From positions 174,282,001 to 174,346,000 of the forward strand of contig NC_091476.1 in the NCBI RefSeq assembly GCF_036971445.1: a stretch of DNA of 64,000 bases, written 5' to 3'. Of the stretch, positions 24,051 through 37,476 are shown piece by piece (within the stretch, counting starts at the first letter, position 1; each line of letters opens with the position of its first letter). The notes below the pieces were generated by a model, which was not told the DNA's origin, did not search any database, and saw only the letters and a program-made list of their open reading frames with translations. The stretch is from Narcine bancroftii (lineage: Eukaryota). Position numbers and translations under genes: made by a program.

Positions 24051-25189
24051 GTGGGTGTTGTTTTCACTTGATTCTGTGATTTATTTATAGATTGCAAGGC
24101 AACGTTCAACCGTTGTTCAATTTGTTCTTGAAAGTGTGCAAGAAATGTGTGCAACTGTGATAGTGAAGGCATCATTTGATAATCTCTCCACAATGTGGAG
24201 GAAGGGATAGTCTGTTGGAGTAAGGATAGAAAAGTTGAGTGGAACTATCGCCAAAAGAAATTGGATGGTCAGTTTTAATATGATTAAGTTCTGGGTAGAT
24301 CAGAGAGGAGCATGCAGGGGGATATATTAAGTGCAGGAGAAAGGCAAAAAAGAATATTAATGCCATTTAGCTTGATGTGCAAGAGAATGTGTCAAAAGCA
24401 GTTGAACAGATGTATAGGTATCACCAAAATTGCAACAGAGTCCATGAGCTTCTCTGTAACAGTGAGAGTGCAGAGGCAGGGCAATATAAAGTTGAGGATC
24501 AGTTGGATGTGGAGTGTATGACTGTGAAAGGCTAGAGGAGTTGTTTATATTTCAAATCTGCATCTGTTGGTCTTGAGATAAATTTACCTGGCTCCTTTAA
24601 AGCTGGTTCTGGAGACATAAGCAATATTACCCTGTGTCAGAGAGATCACTTGGTTCCTCTGAATAAAACTCTGGAAATCAGAAAAACACACAATTTTTCA
24701 GTGTTACGAACTAACCACCCTCTCAGTTTTGTTAGGGACTAAAGAGACTTTGTTAGCACTAACAAAGGAACAACAACGGGAAAACTTCAAAATAATAGCT
24801 TGTATTAAACTAGAATGACATGACACTTCTTGCTTATCTCTAACTTACTCTAAATTTAAACCCCCACCATGCACAAATGTAAGTGTGTGTGAGTTAAAAT
24901 CCCAAGCTCTGAAAAGTCCATTTTAAAACTTCAGCATCATTTGGTCTTGCTTGAAGGTCTCAAATGTTCAGTTCAGAAATAATTATCAAGTGCTTTTAAA
25001 TATCATATCTTCAGTCCTCTTTAAACTCGCATTTCTTTTAGTAGGTCTTCCAAGAGATTTTCCTTCATTTGAGTGCTTTCACAAACTCCCTCTTAACTTG
25101 CCTAAAGCATTCCTATATGTGAGCAATAAATATGAGATGCTTACAGAGGGAGCTTTCATTACATTAAAGGATGTAGATTAAATAGAAAA

Positions 25190-26090
25190 TTGAGTGCGGT
25201 AGTTAACAGATGGAATTTCATTCCAAACAAATGCAAGATTGGCAAAAGTCAAATTGGATAGGAAATGTACAATACATGGATATTAAAGATGTTGGTGACC
25301 AGATGCACATTGGGATCCGAGCCCAGAGTTCCCTGCAGTAGGAACATAGATAAGTGGATTGGTAAAGAAGGCACGTGGCATGCTTGCCTTCAGATTGGGG
25401 CAGCAAATGCAAGAGTCAGAATGTAACGTTGCAACTTTACAAATTGCTGGTTAGGCTACACTTATTGAATGCAGTTCTGCTCACCACAAAGGAAGTACAG
25501 TATGTGGTTGTGCTCAATTCAGTTTTTTTTAAATTTAAGTTTAGACATACAGCACAATAACAGGCCATTTTGGCCCACGAGTTCATGCCGCCCAATTACA
25601 CCCCATAAACCTACACTCCCAGTACATTTTGAATGGTGGGAGGGAACTGGAGTCTCCAGAGAAAACCTATGCAGACACACAGCGCGGGATTTGAACTCTG
25701 GTCTGGTCCCGATTGTTGGTGCTGTCAAGACGTTGCACGAACCGCTATGCCGACCGTGCTGCCCTGTATAAAGCAAGTTCACCAGGATATTGCCTGGGTA
25801 GAAGAATTTAGTTATAAGGAGAGATTAGATAGGCTAGGTTTGCTTTTCTTGGAGTGAAGGAAACTAAGGGCTGATCTGATAGCAATAATATTAACTAAGA
25901 GGCACAGTCATATAGATAATCAAATCTTTTTCCCATGAAATGGATAATAAAGAAAGAGATTTGAGCGGTTAATAGAACTTGCTGCCAGAAGAGATAATTG
26001 ATCAGATGCAATAGGCATTTAGACAGGAACTTGCATGTTTAAGGCATAGAAGGATGTGGACAAATGGGATTGGTGTAGATAGCAGTAGGT
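25190..26090 (+). mobile_element. Decayed CR1 LINE 3' region interrupted by a minus-strand SINE
   Basis: LQLYKLLVRLHL and YKERLDRLGLLFLE CR1 ORF2 motifs. Confidence 0.65.
25520..25765 (-). mobile_element. tRNA-derived V-SINE-like element
   Basis: Minus strand has the B-box-like GAGTTCAAATCCC and the V-domain-like TTCTCTGGAGACTCCAGTTCCCTCCCAC. Confidence 0.6.
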
Positions 26091-29000
26091 TTGGTTTCTG
26101 ACTATATAAATTGACTGAGCTTGCATTGGAATGAAAATTTTTGCATTGTGTGCGATGTAATTAACTGCCTGCACAATGTGTTTTGCTTGAGGTATTTTAT
26201 CAATTTGCCCATTTCTACAAGTTGATTGTGGCCATGTAGGATGGACACATCCATTGTTTTGGGCTAGTCATGAATCCTGCATTATGAGCACTTTAGTGCC
26301 CCTGGGCAATTAAGCACAGTTGGAATGATATGACAAGGAACCTGTACATGACCCATACAATTGGAGCCATGCTAAAACTCTTAGTGTGTTTGGCTCCTGT
26401 TTCAACTGCCTAGACCACTTTATGAAAACAGCTGTTGTATTCAGCTGAACAAGTTTTAAGAAGTGTTGCTTGCTGTGCAGCCCATTTGTTTGTGGGGGAG
26501 AGGCTGGGTGAAAACCACTGGAGCACGTATTGGTTAGGAAGCTGAGCTAAGAGTGCATGAGTAGGAGGAGGAAGGGAAATGGAAACAACACATTTGGGTT
26601 CTGTGTGATGAAATAGTTGATGAATGAGAACAGCATCTTCAGCCATTCAATTCCACCAACCCCACTACAACAAAAGTACCACTCTCCCAACATTTCCCCT
26701 TACCCGAATGTCGGTAGTCCTGTTTCTGACATAGAATCCATTTGTTATTTTATAAACTCGTGGCATGAATCAAATACCATCCTTATATCTTACTTCCCAT
26801 TTTGTGTTGTGATGAGCACAGCAAGGATTTTTATTGAATAAGAGGGTGGTTACAAAAATATCTTCAGCCTGGCATAGGACAACAAATTTGGGACAGAAAA
26901 CTGCTTCTGTTGCAAAGGAAGCAGTGATCTTCTCCATCAAGCATTCCTTTAGAAAGGAGAGACTCCATAAAGTACAACATCAATCCTTCACCCAGCTTTG
27001 TCTTCCTTTCAAGCTTAATAGAGCACCAAGATAGTGGCCCCTGTGCTCAGCAGCAGCTATAAGAGGCTGCAGACTCTGGGGGCACCAGAAACAGGGAAAA
27101 CATCCCCCCCACCCCCACCACCACACAGAGAAGAAAAAGAAGATAAGTCAACCTTACAGGTCGGTGACGACAGCAGTGGAAACGTGAGTCTCAGTGGCTG
27201 ACGGACCCACACAGGGTGAAAGCATCTTGGGGTCAAGGACCCGCACAGGCTTCTGGAGACTGGTTCATGGCAACCAGGTGCTTGAGAGCAAGAAGGACTC
27301 CCAATGGGCATCAGGCACTGACGATTTCCTGATCATGTTAGAGATTTTGATCTGGAGCTTGGGTTGCTGGTTAATGAAATGAGTCTGTGAGATTGCAGAC
27401 ACTGCAGGAGCCCTGGAGGCAAATCCACGGACACTCAATGACTCTGAAGCGACTTTTATTTGCTTCTTTCCCCTTGGCTGTAAGAGGTTCCGGGGTGACG
27501 CTGATGGCAACTCTTTGGCAAATGGCAATTTTGTGTAATATTGCATATTCTGTACTATTACATGACAATAAAGGAATCTTGAATCTTTTTGCTTGGGAAA
27601 TCTGACCAATCTTAACAGATTGCCCATGTAAATCCCTATCAAAAATCTCTGCAGTAGAATAAAGGTTGTTGTTCTCTTTGGGAAATTGTGTGCTTCCTTT
27701 GGTTTCATTAACTTTCACTGTTCCCCTGTACTCAGTGTTTCACCATACGCAGATCCCTCTTGTCCTAACCTTTTTAAAAAATGTATTTGAAACAGTAGCT
27801 ATGGGTATAAAATCAAGTCTGGCTCATTTTCATCTTTATTCTCCTTTTCCTCTCCATTCAATGAGCAACATCCTGTTCTTAAATACCTGAAACAAGAGGA
27901 AAAACATCACTTTGTGGGGAGGAGAAAAGGCAAGTTGAACTGTGTCAAAATGAATGATCTGTGAGGAAGATGTGGGTATACTTGTCTCGCATCTTAAATG
28001 ATGCGGATTCCAATGACTGCCAATCAAACTTCCTTCTTAAGCTTTAAAATTCTGGTTTTCTATTTTTACTTCATTGTTGCGGCCCAGTGAATGCACCTTC
28101 TGCAAAGAAGAATGAAATGCGTATAATCTGGCCCGATAGTCACAAGTGTGAATAACAAGTGTCTGCAAATTGGGTGCATGATACTTTTGACAGTGATGTA
28201 TGTAAGAGGGCAAGGTAAAGAATATGAATATTAGGATTCTGTTCTAATTCTTGGGTCTTGGAGGAATTGAGTGGTTGTGCAGTTGATGAGGATATTGTTG
28301 AAGGTAATTGCATCCATGTGCCTGGTACAAAATCTGAAATTGACTACTGTTAATCGTTCTTTCCATTGCCTGCAGGGTCTCCAGTACAGCTTTAGCTTTG
28401 GGCACTTCTCCCTTTCTACATCTTCCTTAAATTGTTGGTCTACTCTTGGAATGCCATTTCTCAAAGTACTTTAGAATAAATTCCCATATGTACCAGCCTC
28501 TATTTCCACCCCCCAACAATGAAGGTGAACATACCATAAAGCTCCTTAACCACATTATCAACTTGCATGGCAACTTTGAGGCTTTTTGATTTTTCTCGGG
28601 CTTTTGAGTAGAAGGGCTTTCTTGACCACAGCATCAACTATTTCCCGTGGCAGCTCATTATTGCACCACTTTCTGAGTAAAAGATTTGTCCTTTGGGTCC
28701 TTTTTAAATCCCTGTTCCTCTCCCAACCTTAAATCTGTGCCTTCGAGTTTTAGACTGTCCTACCCTGAAGTCCTTGCCTGTTCAATTTCCTTGCAACACG
28801 AGTCCCAGTAAAGCATTCGCAAATCCTTTTTGCAATCTTTCTGATTCAAAGAAAAATTGCTTATTGGTTCCTCGTGCAATGTTTTGGCCTAATATTTCCT
28901 ACCTCTATCAGATTGACCCTATTCTGCACTGGAAAGCTTTGGATCTTTCCTCCTCTAGTGCATGAATGGAATTATATGACATTTCTCTCAGATAAATAGA

Positions 29001-29471
29001 CATAAGGGGTAATAATTAGCTGGATTGGATTTTCTCTTTTTTTAAATTTATTGGATCAATGTCAGTGATGTCGCATGTTCTGGAACAGCTGGGCAAGAGA
29101 TGCTACTTGTTCAGGAACACAGAGCTTAAAGACTACACTTGGGATATTGTCCAGTTGAATCACATTGATAACATTGTGTTTTCAGTAATTTCCTGATTCT
29201 ATCTGGGGTGAATCAAATTGGTTGAAGACTGATTTCTGTATAAGGGCTGACCTCAAGCCAGAGTAAGTAGAAAATCCACTCAGCACTTAGCCACATAATG
29301 ACATCCTAGACTCCACCATCACTAAAATCTGGAGAGCTCTTGCAGCACATGTTGTTACCAGTGATTATCTAATCACGCCAGTTATTTTTGATCCACCACA
29401 AAATCATTGCATCTTGCGATTTGCCAGTTTGAAATTTAAATCTTACGTTTTTACCTTTCTTTAATTGACAG

Positions 29472-29552
29472 TCATACAATTGCCTACCTGTGGGGGAGTT
29501 TCAGCTCATCAGACAAACCCTGCTTATTTTCTTTCAGGATTTGCATGTCAGG
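29472..29552 (+). CDS. OSCP1: OSCP1 coding exon 4
   Basis: Acceptor ttgacag; SYNCLPVGEFQLIRQTLLIFFQDLHVR; donor AGG|GTAAGT; 81 nt. Confidence 0.95.
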
Positions 29553-30155
29553 GTAAGTACATTCTCCCAGATGCATGATGTATAACTGGATGAACATAAG
29601 ATATAGATGGAGGGTAACCTAATGGCCCTTTGCACATACCCTTCAATTTAGTATAATTGTGGGTTATCTTTTACCTCCACACCATTGTCCTGCACTAATT
29701 TTGTATCAATTAGTTTGTTTAAAATTAAAATATGATTGCACCTCCACAGTTTGTGGCCCAAAATAGTTTTATCTTCTGAAAGGAGGGGGGAAAATATATT
29801 TTGACCCTCGTTTCCCCCAGTTGGCAAGTTTTGAAATAGCAACCCTGCATCTACCCAGGCAAGCCCTTCAAAATTTTGGAAGTTCTCCTCTCATCTTCTA
29901 AACCCTGAGCAGTATTTTCCTAATCTTTGATTCAACCACCAACACACCTTTTTCTACAAAATACCAAGAATTAATCTGGTGAAACTTGAATGCATTACCC
30001 TGTAATAGGTACATCCTTCCTTAATTTGGTAGATGTCTGTATTAATCAGCAGTGTGCGTAATGTAAGAAAAATGTATGATGGCAATTATGCACGCAGAAT
30101 TAATTTTGTTGTTTTAGCCTGTTATTATTTAATGTGTTCGAATTTGTCTCATTAG

Positions 30156-30259
30156 GTCTCCATCTTTCTGAAGGATAAAGTTCAGAATTCTAATGGCCGA
30201 TTTGTGCTGCCAATTTCTGGGCCTGTACCTTGGGGAACAGAGGTCCCTGGGCTGATGAG
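30156..30259 (+). CDS. OSCP1: OSCP1 coding exon 5
   Basis: Acceptor ctcattag; VSIFLKDKVQNSNGRFVLPISGPVPWGTEVPGLM(R); donor AG|GTATTT; 104 nt. Confidence 0.95.
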
Positions 30260-32017
30260 GTATTTAATTTGCACAATTGCCCATATATTAGAGTTTTCCA
30301 TTGGTTGGTCTTCTTCATTGAGAGGGAAAAATTATTATCTTTAATGATGTGTGGAGTATTCCCTTTTTCTTTGCTTGTAACGGTATTGGTTTCTCACACA
30401 TTTCTAAAATGTAGCCAAACAATAAGTCCATTTTGTTGTTGCAGTTTCTCACTTTAAATCTTCATTTTTAATGATTATTCTGTGGAACAGACAAAAAAAA
30501 ACCAAAAGACCAGATGAACTTGTTAAGCAAAATACCTCAAATCTTCCAATTTCATTAAAATCATCGTTTAAATTAAAACACTCTTCTCTGTAAAGTGACG
30601 ATCTCATGGGCATTATGACATATCCCACCATATACTATACTTCAGAAGAGCCTGTGAAAAATTCTTCACAATGATGTTCTAAATAAGCAATGATTTGTTT
30701 AGTCCCACTGACCTGCACCCAGCCCATACCCATCCGTACCCCTATTGAGGTACTATTGAGCCCGCATTTACCACTTCAGCTGGCAGCTCATTCCACACTT
30801 GCGTTACTCTATATGAAGTATTTTCCCTTAAACATTTCCCCTTTCACCCTTAACCCATGCCCTCTGCTTTGTATCACACCTAGTCTGTGTGTGTGTGTGG
30901 AAAAAGCCTACTTGCATTTACTCTCTACCCTCATAATTTTGTATACCTTTATCAAATCTCCTTCATTCTTTGATGCTCAGGGAATAAAATCTAACCTGTT
31001 TACCCCTTCCCTGTAACTCAGTTCCTGAAGTCTTGGCAACATCCTAATAATCCTCCAGCTCCTCACCCGTAGCTAACAACATTTAAATATATTTTCCAGG
31101 ACCCCTGTAATTTCTACTGTTGCCTTTCTCAAGGTCTAAGGATCTACCTTGGCAGGCCTTGTGGGTTTGTCCACCCTCATTTGCTTTCAAACAGCAAGCA
31201 CCTCTTCTTTAATCTGTGTAGGTTCTTTGACCTCACTGCTTGTTTTGCCTCAATTCCCTCGACTCTGTGTTGGTTTCCTGAGTAAAGGTTTTCTGCATGA
31301 TAATCATCTACTGGCATAGTTATAGAACATAAAAACATGCCCTTTGGCCCAAATCATCTACACTAACCAAACAACCTACCTGAACTAATCCCACTTACCT
31401 GTGTACGTCCTATCCCTATCCCTTTACCAGTCCAAAGTGTTTTGGATGTTGTAATTCTACTTGCTTCTACCTGTTCATTCTAGATCAGTCTATACAGCCA
31501 CAACCCTCTGTGAAAAAACCTATGCTATCTAATTTTAGACTCTCCTACTCTGGGGGAAAAAGATATTGACCATCCACTTTATGCCTTTCATCTAATAAAT
31601 TGCTATGAGGTCATCCCCCTGCCGCTTTTGCTCCCAGGAAAATGATCTCAGCTCCAATCTCCTTGTAACTCGACTCTTTCAGTTCCAGAAACATTCTTTC
31701 GAACAATCTCTATTCCTTCTTTAGCTTGGTCACACTGTTCTTGTAGAGTGGCAGCCAGAACTGCATATGTTAGTCCAAGTACTGTCTCATCAACTGCAAC
31801 ATGTACTCTATGCAATGCAGTACTCTTGTGCTTAATACTGTAATGCCCACAGTAATATTGGCATAATCATTTATCTGACGGAGCGCTCGTGCTTCTGGTG
31901 TACGAGGTGCTTGCAAATCCTCTTGGCAGAATTTCCTGAATAATGAAAATTACATGCAATCCCATGATTTGTATTTAAGGAAATTGTTGACTTTTCCTTT
32001 TTATCTCCTTGTCATAG

Positions 32018-32146
32018 AAAGTTTAACTATGATGGAAAAGAAGTGAAGCAGATGGAGTTCCCAGCCTTTGGAAATTATACCAGTGCACTGACAGAAGGGT
32101 CCTTAAACCTCTTTGGTGACCGAATCATTAAGCTCGGCACAAACAT
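32018..32146 (+). CDS. OSCP1: OSCP1 coding exon 6
   Basis: Polypyrimidine tract plus catag acceptor; KFNYDGKEVKQMEFPAFGNYTSALTEGSLNLFGDRIIKLGTN(M); donor AT|GTAAGT; 129 nt. Confidence 0.94.
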
Positions 32147-33072
32147 GTAAGTATGCCAAATCGATTCTCTAAGGATTCATGAGGTACAACCTCCACAATA
32201 TGTCAGGTGAGCTCATGTTTTCTATCTCCCTTGCATTAAGAGTTCTGGAGTAAATTAAAACTCTAAAGGAATAATTAGAAAATGATCCATTGGGTATTTC
32301 AAATGCTTGCTAGGTAATGACAATGTGATAGTAAAGCTCTACAGGCCAGAACATCTGGGATATATGTTTCAAAGTGGATGGTGCTTTTGCCCACCAATCA
32401 ACTAATTTCTGTCAACACTTACAATTTGTGTACATGGATGTGGATGATTATTAGATGCAATATCTTTCCACAAGTTGTTATCCTGAAAGTGTTCCGCTAT
32501 GGACACGTTGAGCTATATGGAGGAATTGTGTCCCATGAACTTGCAATAGGAGATCTAAAGAAAGGCTCGTCATTTAGAGGCTGTTTAGAAGAAATCAAAC
32601 CGTTACATGAGGAATAGGTGACTAACCTAATGCTACCTCTCCCCAATACACATTTCAGTGGAAGTTTACTACTGCAGGCTGACCATGCTTTAATAATGAG
32701 TATAGGGGAAATAAGCAAAACACCTTATTTCTTCTCAACCCTTGCTGTTATCCAAATGTACACATAGTGGCCACTTAATGAATTCCTGTAAGATGTGTGA
32801 CATTTTGTTGCAGAATTAGTATTTATCTCAAAACATGGATTGACAACCTGAAGAAGAGTTGGTGAATAGATTGTATAAGAAAGTCACTAATGCCTTCCAA
32901 CTCCGCTTGATCTGATGTGAAGATTAAGAAAGAAATGAGATGTGCATAGAAATGCCAACATAATGATAATGAGTTTGTGGTCCTGGAGGTAATGCTAAGA
33001 AATTGTTATTCTAAAAACAAAACCGACTCTATTAATATTAAAAATTAAAGGATTGGATGATGATCAATGGCA

Positions 33073-34702
33073 AGCCCATCTATTAGCCCGTCCGTTAGCC
33101 CGTCTGTTAGCCCGTCTGTTAGCCCGTCTGTTAGCCCGTCTGTTAGCCCGTCTGTTAGCCCGTCTGTTAGCCCGTCTGTTAGCCCGTCTGTTAGCCCGTC
33201 TGTTAGCCCGTCTGTTAGCCCGTCTGTTAGCCCGTCTGTTAGCCCGTCTGTTAGCCCGTCTGTTAGCCCGTCTGTTAGCCCGTCTGTTAGCCCGTCTGTT
33301 AGCCCGTCTGTTAGCCCGTCTGTTAGCCCGTCTGTTAGCCCGTCTGTTAGCCCGTCTGTTAGCCCGTCTGTTAGCCCGTCTGTTAGCCCGTCTGTTAGCC
33401 CGTCTGTTAGCCCGTCTGTTAGCCCGTCTGTTAGCCCGTCTGTTAGCCCGTCTGTTAGCCCGTCTGTTAGCCCGTCTGTTAGCCCGTCTGTTAGCCCGTC
33501 TGTTAGCCCGTCTGTTAGCCCGTCTGTTAGCCCGTCTGTTAGCCCGTCTGTTAGCCCGTCTGTTAGCCCGTCTGTTAGCCCGTCTGTTAGCCCGTCTGTT
33601 AGCCCGTCTGTTAGCCCGTCTGTTAGCCCGTCTGTTAGCCCGTCTGTTAGCCCGTCTGTTAGCCCGTCTGTTAGCCCGTCTGTTAGCCCGTCTGTTAGCC
33701 CGTCTGTTAGCCCGTCTGTTAGCCCGTCTGTTAGCCCGTCTGTTAGCCCGTCTGTTAGCCCGTCTGTTAGCCCGTCTGTTAGCCCGTCTGTTAGCCCGTC
33801 TGTTAGCCCGTCTGTTAGCCCGTCTGTTAGCCCGTCTGTTAGCCCGTCTGTTAGCCCGTCTGTTAGCCCGTCTGTTAGCCCGTCTGTTAGCCCGTCTGTT
33901 AGCCCGTCTGTTAGCCCGTCTGTTAGCCCGTCTGTTAGCCCGTCTGTTAGCCCGTCTGTTAGCCCGTCTGTTAGCCCGTCTGTTAGCCCGTCTGTTAGCC
34001 CGTCTGTTAGCCCGTCTGTTAGCCCGTCTGTTAGCCCGTCTGTTAGCCCGTCTGTTAGCCCGTCTGTTAGCCCGTCTGTTAGCCCGTCTGTTAGCCCGTC
34101 TGTTAGCCCGTCTGTTAGCCCGTCTGTTAGCCCGTCTGTTAGCCCGTCTGTTAGCCCGTCTGTTAGCCCGTCTGTTAGCCCGTCTGTTAGCCCGTCTGTT
34201 AGCCCGTCTGTTAGCCCGTCTGTTAGCCCGTCTGTTAGCCCGTCTGTTAGCCCGTCTGTTAGCCCGTCTATTAGCCCGTCTATTAGCCCGTCTATTAGCC
34301 CGTCTATTAGCCCGTCTATTAGCCCGTCTATTAGCCCGTCTATTAGCCCGTCTATTAGCCCGTCTATTAGCCCGTCTATTAGCCCGTCTATTAGCCCGTC
34401 TATTAGCCCGTCTATTAGCCCGTCTATTAGCCCGTCTATTAGCCCGTCTATTAGCCCGTCTATTAGCCCGTCTATTAGCCCGTCTATTAGCCCGTCTATT
34501 AGCCCGTCTATTAGCCCGTCTATTAGCCCGTCTATTAGCCCGTCTATTAGCCCGTCTATTAGCCCGTCTATTAGCCCGTCTATTAGCCCGTCTATTAGCC
34601 CGTCTATTAGCCCGTCTATTAGCCCGTCTATTAGCCCGTCTATTAGCCCGTCTATTAGCCCGTCTATTAGCCCGTCTATTAGCCCGTCTATTAGCCCGTC
34701 TG
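33073..34702. repeat. 12-bp tandem array TTAGCCCGTCT(G/A), about 136 units, in OSCP1 intron 6
   Basis: 97 G-type units (33095-34258) followed by 36 A-type units (34259-34690), with degenerate flanking units. Confidence 0.98.
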
Positions 34703-35015
34703 TCCATCCGGCCCGTCCGTCCGACCGGCCAGCTCAGTTAATTATAACCTACTTTGTACTATTAATTGTGCTGATAGTCAATCAATGCTTTTTGTTGCTA
34801 ATCCCATTTAAGAAAACAACCTGCAGATGAGTCCAGTCAGTGAATCTGGGGGAAATGATTTGTTCACTTGTTGTCCCAAGATGTTGAGTGGTGACCATTC
34901 ACCAAACAAACTATGTATCTGAATATATTTGAGCTCAACAAAAATTGCTTGTTATTTTTTGATGTCTGTTTATGCAATGTTTATTGATATTGGTGCCTTG
35001 TCTAAATGGCCACAG

Positions 35016-35085
35016 GTACAGTGTTTCTCGGCCTGTAGAGACCCACATGTTAGGGACAACAAAGAGCTCAGCTGTGCGTGCAAAG
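35016..35085 (+). CDS. OSCP1: OSCP1 coding exon 7
   Basis: Acceptor ccacag; YSVSRPVETHMLGTTKSSAVRAK; donor AAG|GTCAGT; 70 nt, phases match both neighbours. Confidence 0.92.
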
Positions 35086-35287
35086 GTCAGTGCTGTCTCT
35101 AAATCCCAGCAATTGTCTGTAACTATCTTCTCCTTGAGGCCATTGGCTTTTCCCATTTTATTTATTTTCCTCTTGAGCACCTGCTTTACATATTGCATGA
35201 CAAAAAATAGCATCTTTTCTGGCGCTGACAGACCCTCTCTGTACATTTAGATTTGCAGTTTGTACTTCTTATCAAAATCAGTGACTC

Positions 35288-35550
35288 ACTGTAGCGGTTG
35301 GCACGACACTATTCAAGTCAGGTTTGAATCCGGCACTGCCTGAGGATTTTGTATGTTCTCCCTTGACTGTGGGTTTCCTCTGGGTCCTCTTGTTTCCTCC
35401 CACCCTTCAACATGCATGTGGTTATAGGTTAATTGGTGGCATGTGGTTATAGGTTAATTGGGTGGCATGTGGTTGTAGGTTAATTGAGTATAATTGAATG
35501 GCATGGGTTTCATGGGCCGGGATCAGCTACTGCCATGCTGTAAATAAAAA
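35288..35550 (+). mobile_element. tRNA-derived V-SINE (HE1-like)
   Basis: A-box-like GTAGCGGTTGG, B-box GGTTTGAATCC, V-domain TATGTTCTCCC...GGGTTTCCTCTGGG...TTTCCTCCCAC, and an internal ~25-bp triplication. Confidence 0.7.
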
Positions 35551-36019
35551 GAATTTTTAAAAAATCTGTTACTGTACATCTCAATGCTGGACAAGAGTAC
35601 CCTGAAAGGCTTGTCTTTTTGTATTTTCTGTTCATCTCTTTACTGGTAGGCCCAGCAGAATTAGGTGAGTGAGTTGGGTTACCAGTTTTTGTTGGTAAAA
35701 TTAGAAGTTTATGCCATGAACAGTTTCTAGTTCCCAGGTACCACAACTTGAGGGAAAATGCTAGAGTACCAATATACTTTTTGGCTACCCTTGCATATTT
35801 AAATTCTGTTTAAGATAATCAGAGAGGAGCTATTTGAAAAGCATCCTAAGAGAAATGTATGGCATTGTTGCTCTGCAACATGTCCCAGATAAAAAGTCAA
35901 GCCTCAGATTTATTAATGAGCCAGGTTTATTTTATCAATGTGAGAACATTTATCAAGTGGTAAATTATTATATGTCATTCGGTTTTCCAAAGAGTGAAAC
36001 ACAAAAGAACTTTGAAGCT

Positions 36020-36490
36020 TGCAGTGCAATATACAAAAGTGCTAGAAAAACTCAGCAGGTCACACAGTATTGTTAGGAAATAAAGGGAAACCAAATATTC
36101 AGACCTGAGCCCATCATCAAGGCATGAGCAAAAAGCAGACAGGAGCCTGAATAAATTGTGCGGGGGGTGGGGGGGGGGGGAGGACAGAAGGAGAACAGGC
36201 ATACGGGTAAGGGGTCATAGGTGGATATAATGGGAAGGTGGAAGAGAAAAAGGTGATATATATCACTTATCAGCTTTCTCATCTTTCACTTTCCCATTAT
36301 ATCCACCTATGACCTCCTGCCTGTTCTTCCCTGCCCTTTTGCCTCTCCTCCCCTCCACTATTTTTTATTCAATCACCTGCCTGCTCAGACCTAAAACATT
36401 GGTTACCATTTGTTTACTGTAGATGCTGTGTGATCTGCTGTTTCTCTAGAACTTTTGTTTATTGCATGGAAATCCCAGCATCAGCAGACT
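36020..36490. mobile_element. Fold-back Penelope-like terminus derivative (~220-bp arms)
   Basis: Perfect 24-bp inverted match 36213-36236 versus 36291-36314; the outer arms are also inverted. Confidence 0.75.
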
Positions 36491-37109
36491 TTCCTATTTA
36501 TAGATTTTGGCAAATGTAATATATGGAAATATTAATGGTTAAGTGACTCAACAGATGCAATGGGAGGGATCCAGTGTTATGGCATCAATCTTTGTTTGAA
36601 CATGCATTTTAGGACACTTTTCTTGTGTTAGAAACATGATAAATCAAAATATGTGTGGCACAGAAACAGTTTGTACGTTGGAAAGCTTAGCTTTCAAAGA
36701 AAGGCCTTATTCAACTAGTCTTGATGACCCAGGTAGCTTTCTCCCTTTCCCTATGTTCTTATTTCTTCATCTTTTTGACAAGTAACACAATGACATGAAG
36801 GTCTCTCCAGACAGAATTGGATGTTGATCTTCAGGCAAGCTAAGGAGACTGCTGGTAGAGCAGGACCAATGTGAGATGCAAATGAAGATATCAGAAATGT
36901 CTGAGGGTCCACTGCTGCTTTCATCATTTCCAATGCCTCTAGCCTCGTGCCACCAGCAAATGTCTTTTCCCCTCCCTTGCAGCATTTGGAGTAAACAATT
37001 GCATTATTAGTGTTCTACTCCACTCTTCCTTCTTCAGTATTGCCCTTCTAAACAAGGGTTTGTATACCTTGTCCTTTTCCTGTCAGCCTGGTTCTCAAAC
37101 ACTCTAGTT

Positions 37110-37476
37110 CAGTGGTTTTCAACCTTTTTCTTTCTATTCACATGCCACCTTAAGTAATCCCTATGCTATAGTGCTCTGAGATTAGTAACGGGTTGCTTAA
37201 GGTGGGATGTGAGTGGGAGGAGAAGATTGAGAATCTCTGCTCTAGATCCAATTGTTACTGAAATATTTGGCTTTTTGTCATTGCCCTCTTTCCTTTGGAG
37301 TTCTGAAATGGTGCACGTAACGAGACAATTGGGTACAAGTAAAACAGTGGATTACAAACTTTTTCTTTCCACCCACTTACCACCTTAAGTAATCCCTTAC
37401 AAACCACAAAGCATCTATGGCATAGGAAATACTTAAAGTGGTATGTGAGTGGAAAGAAAAAGGTTGAAAACCACCA
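37110..37476. mobile_element. Composite hAT/Charlie-like MITE
   Basis: CAGTGGTTTTCAACC ... GGTTGAAAACCACCA TIRs; flanks CTCTAGTT/CTTTAATT (degenerate 8-bp TSD); internal second TIR pair. Confidence 0.8.

Noticed and set aside
33073-34702. Interstitial telomeric repeat
   Set aside because: TTAGCCC only superficially resembles TTAGGG; neither strand contains the telomeric hexamer.
33053-34830. (LARL)n, (RRAN)n and (SPSV)n ORFs of 547-587 aa
   Set aside because: Stop-free frames of a 12-bp array inside an intron; no promoter, splice or codon-variation support.
35288-35345. tRNA gene
   Set aside because: Only degenerate A/B boxes followed by a SINE body; no cloverleaf.
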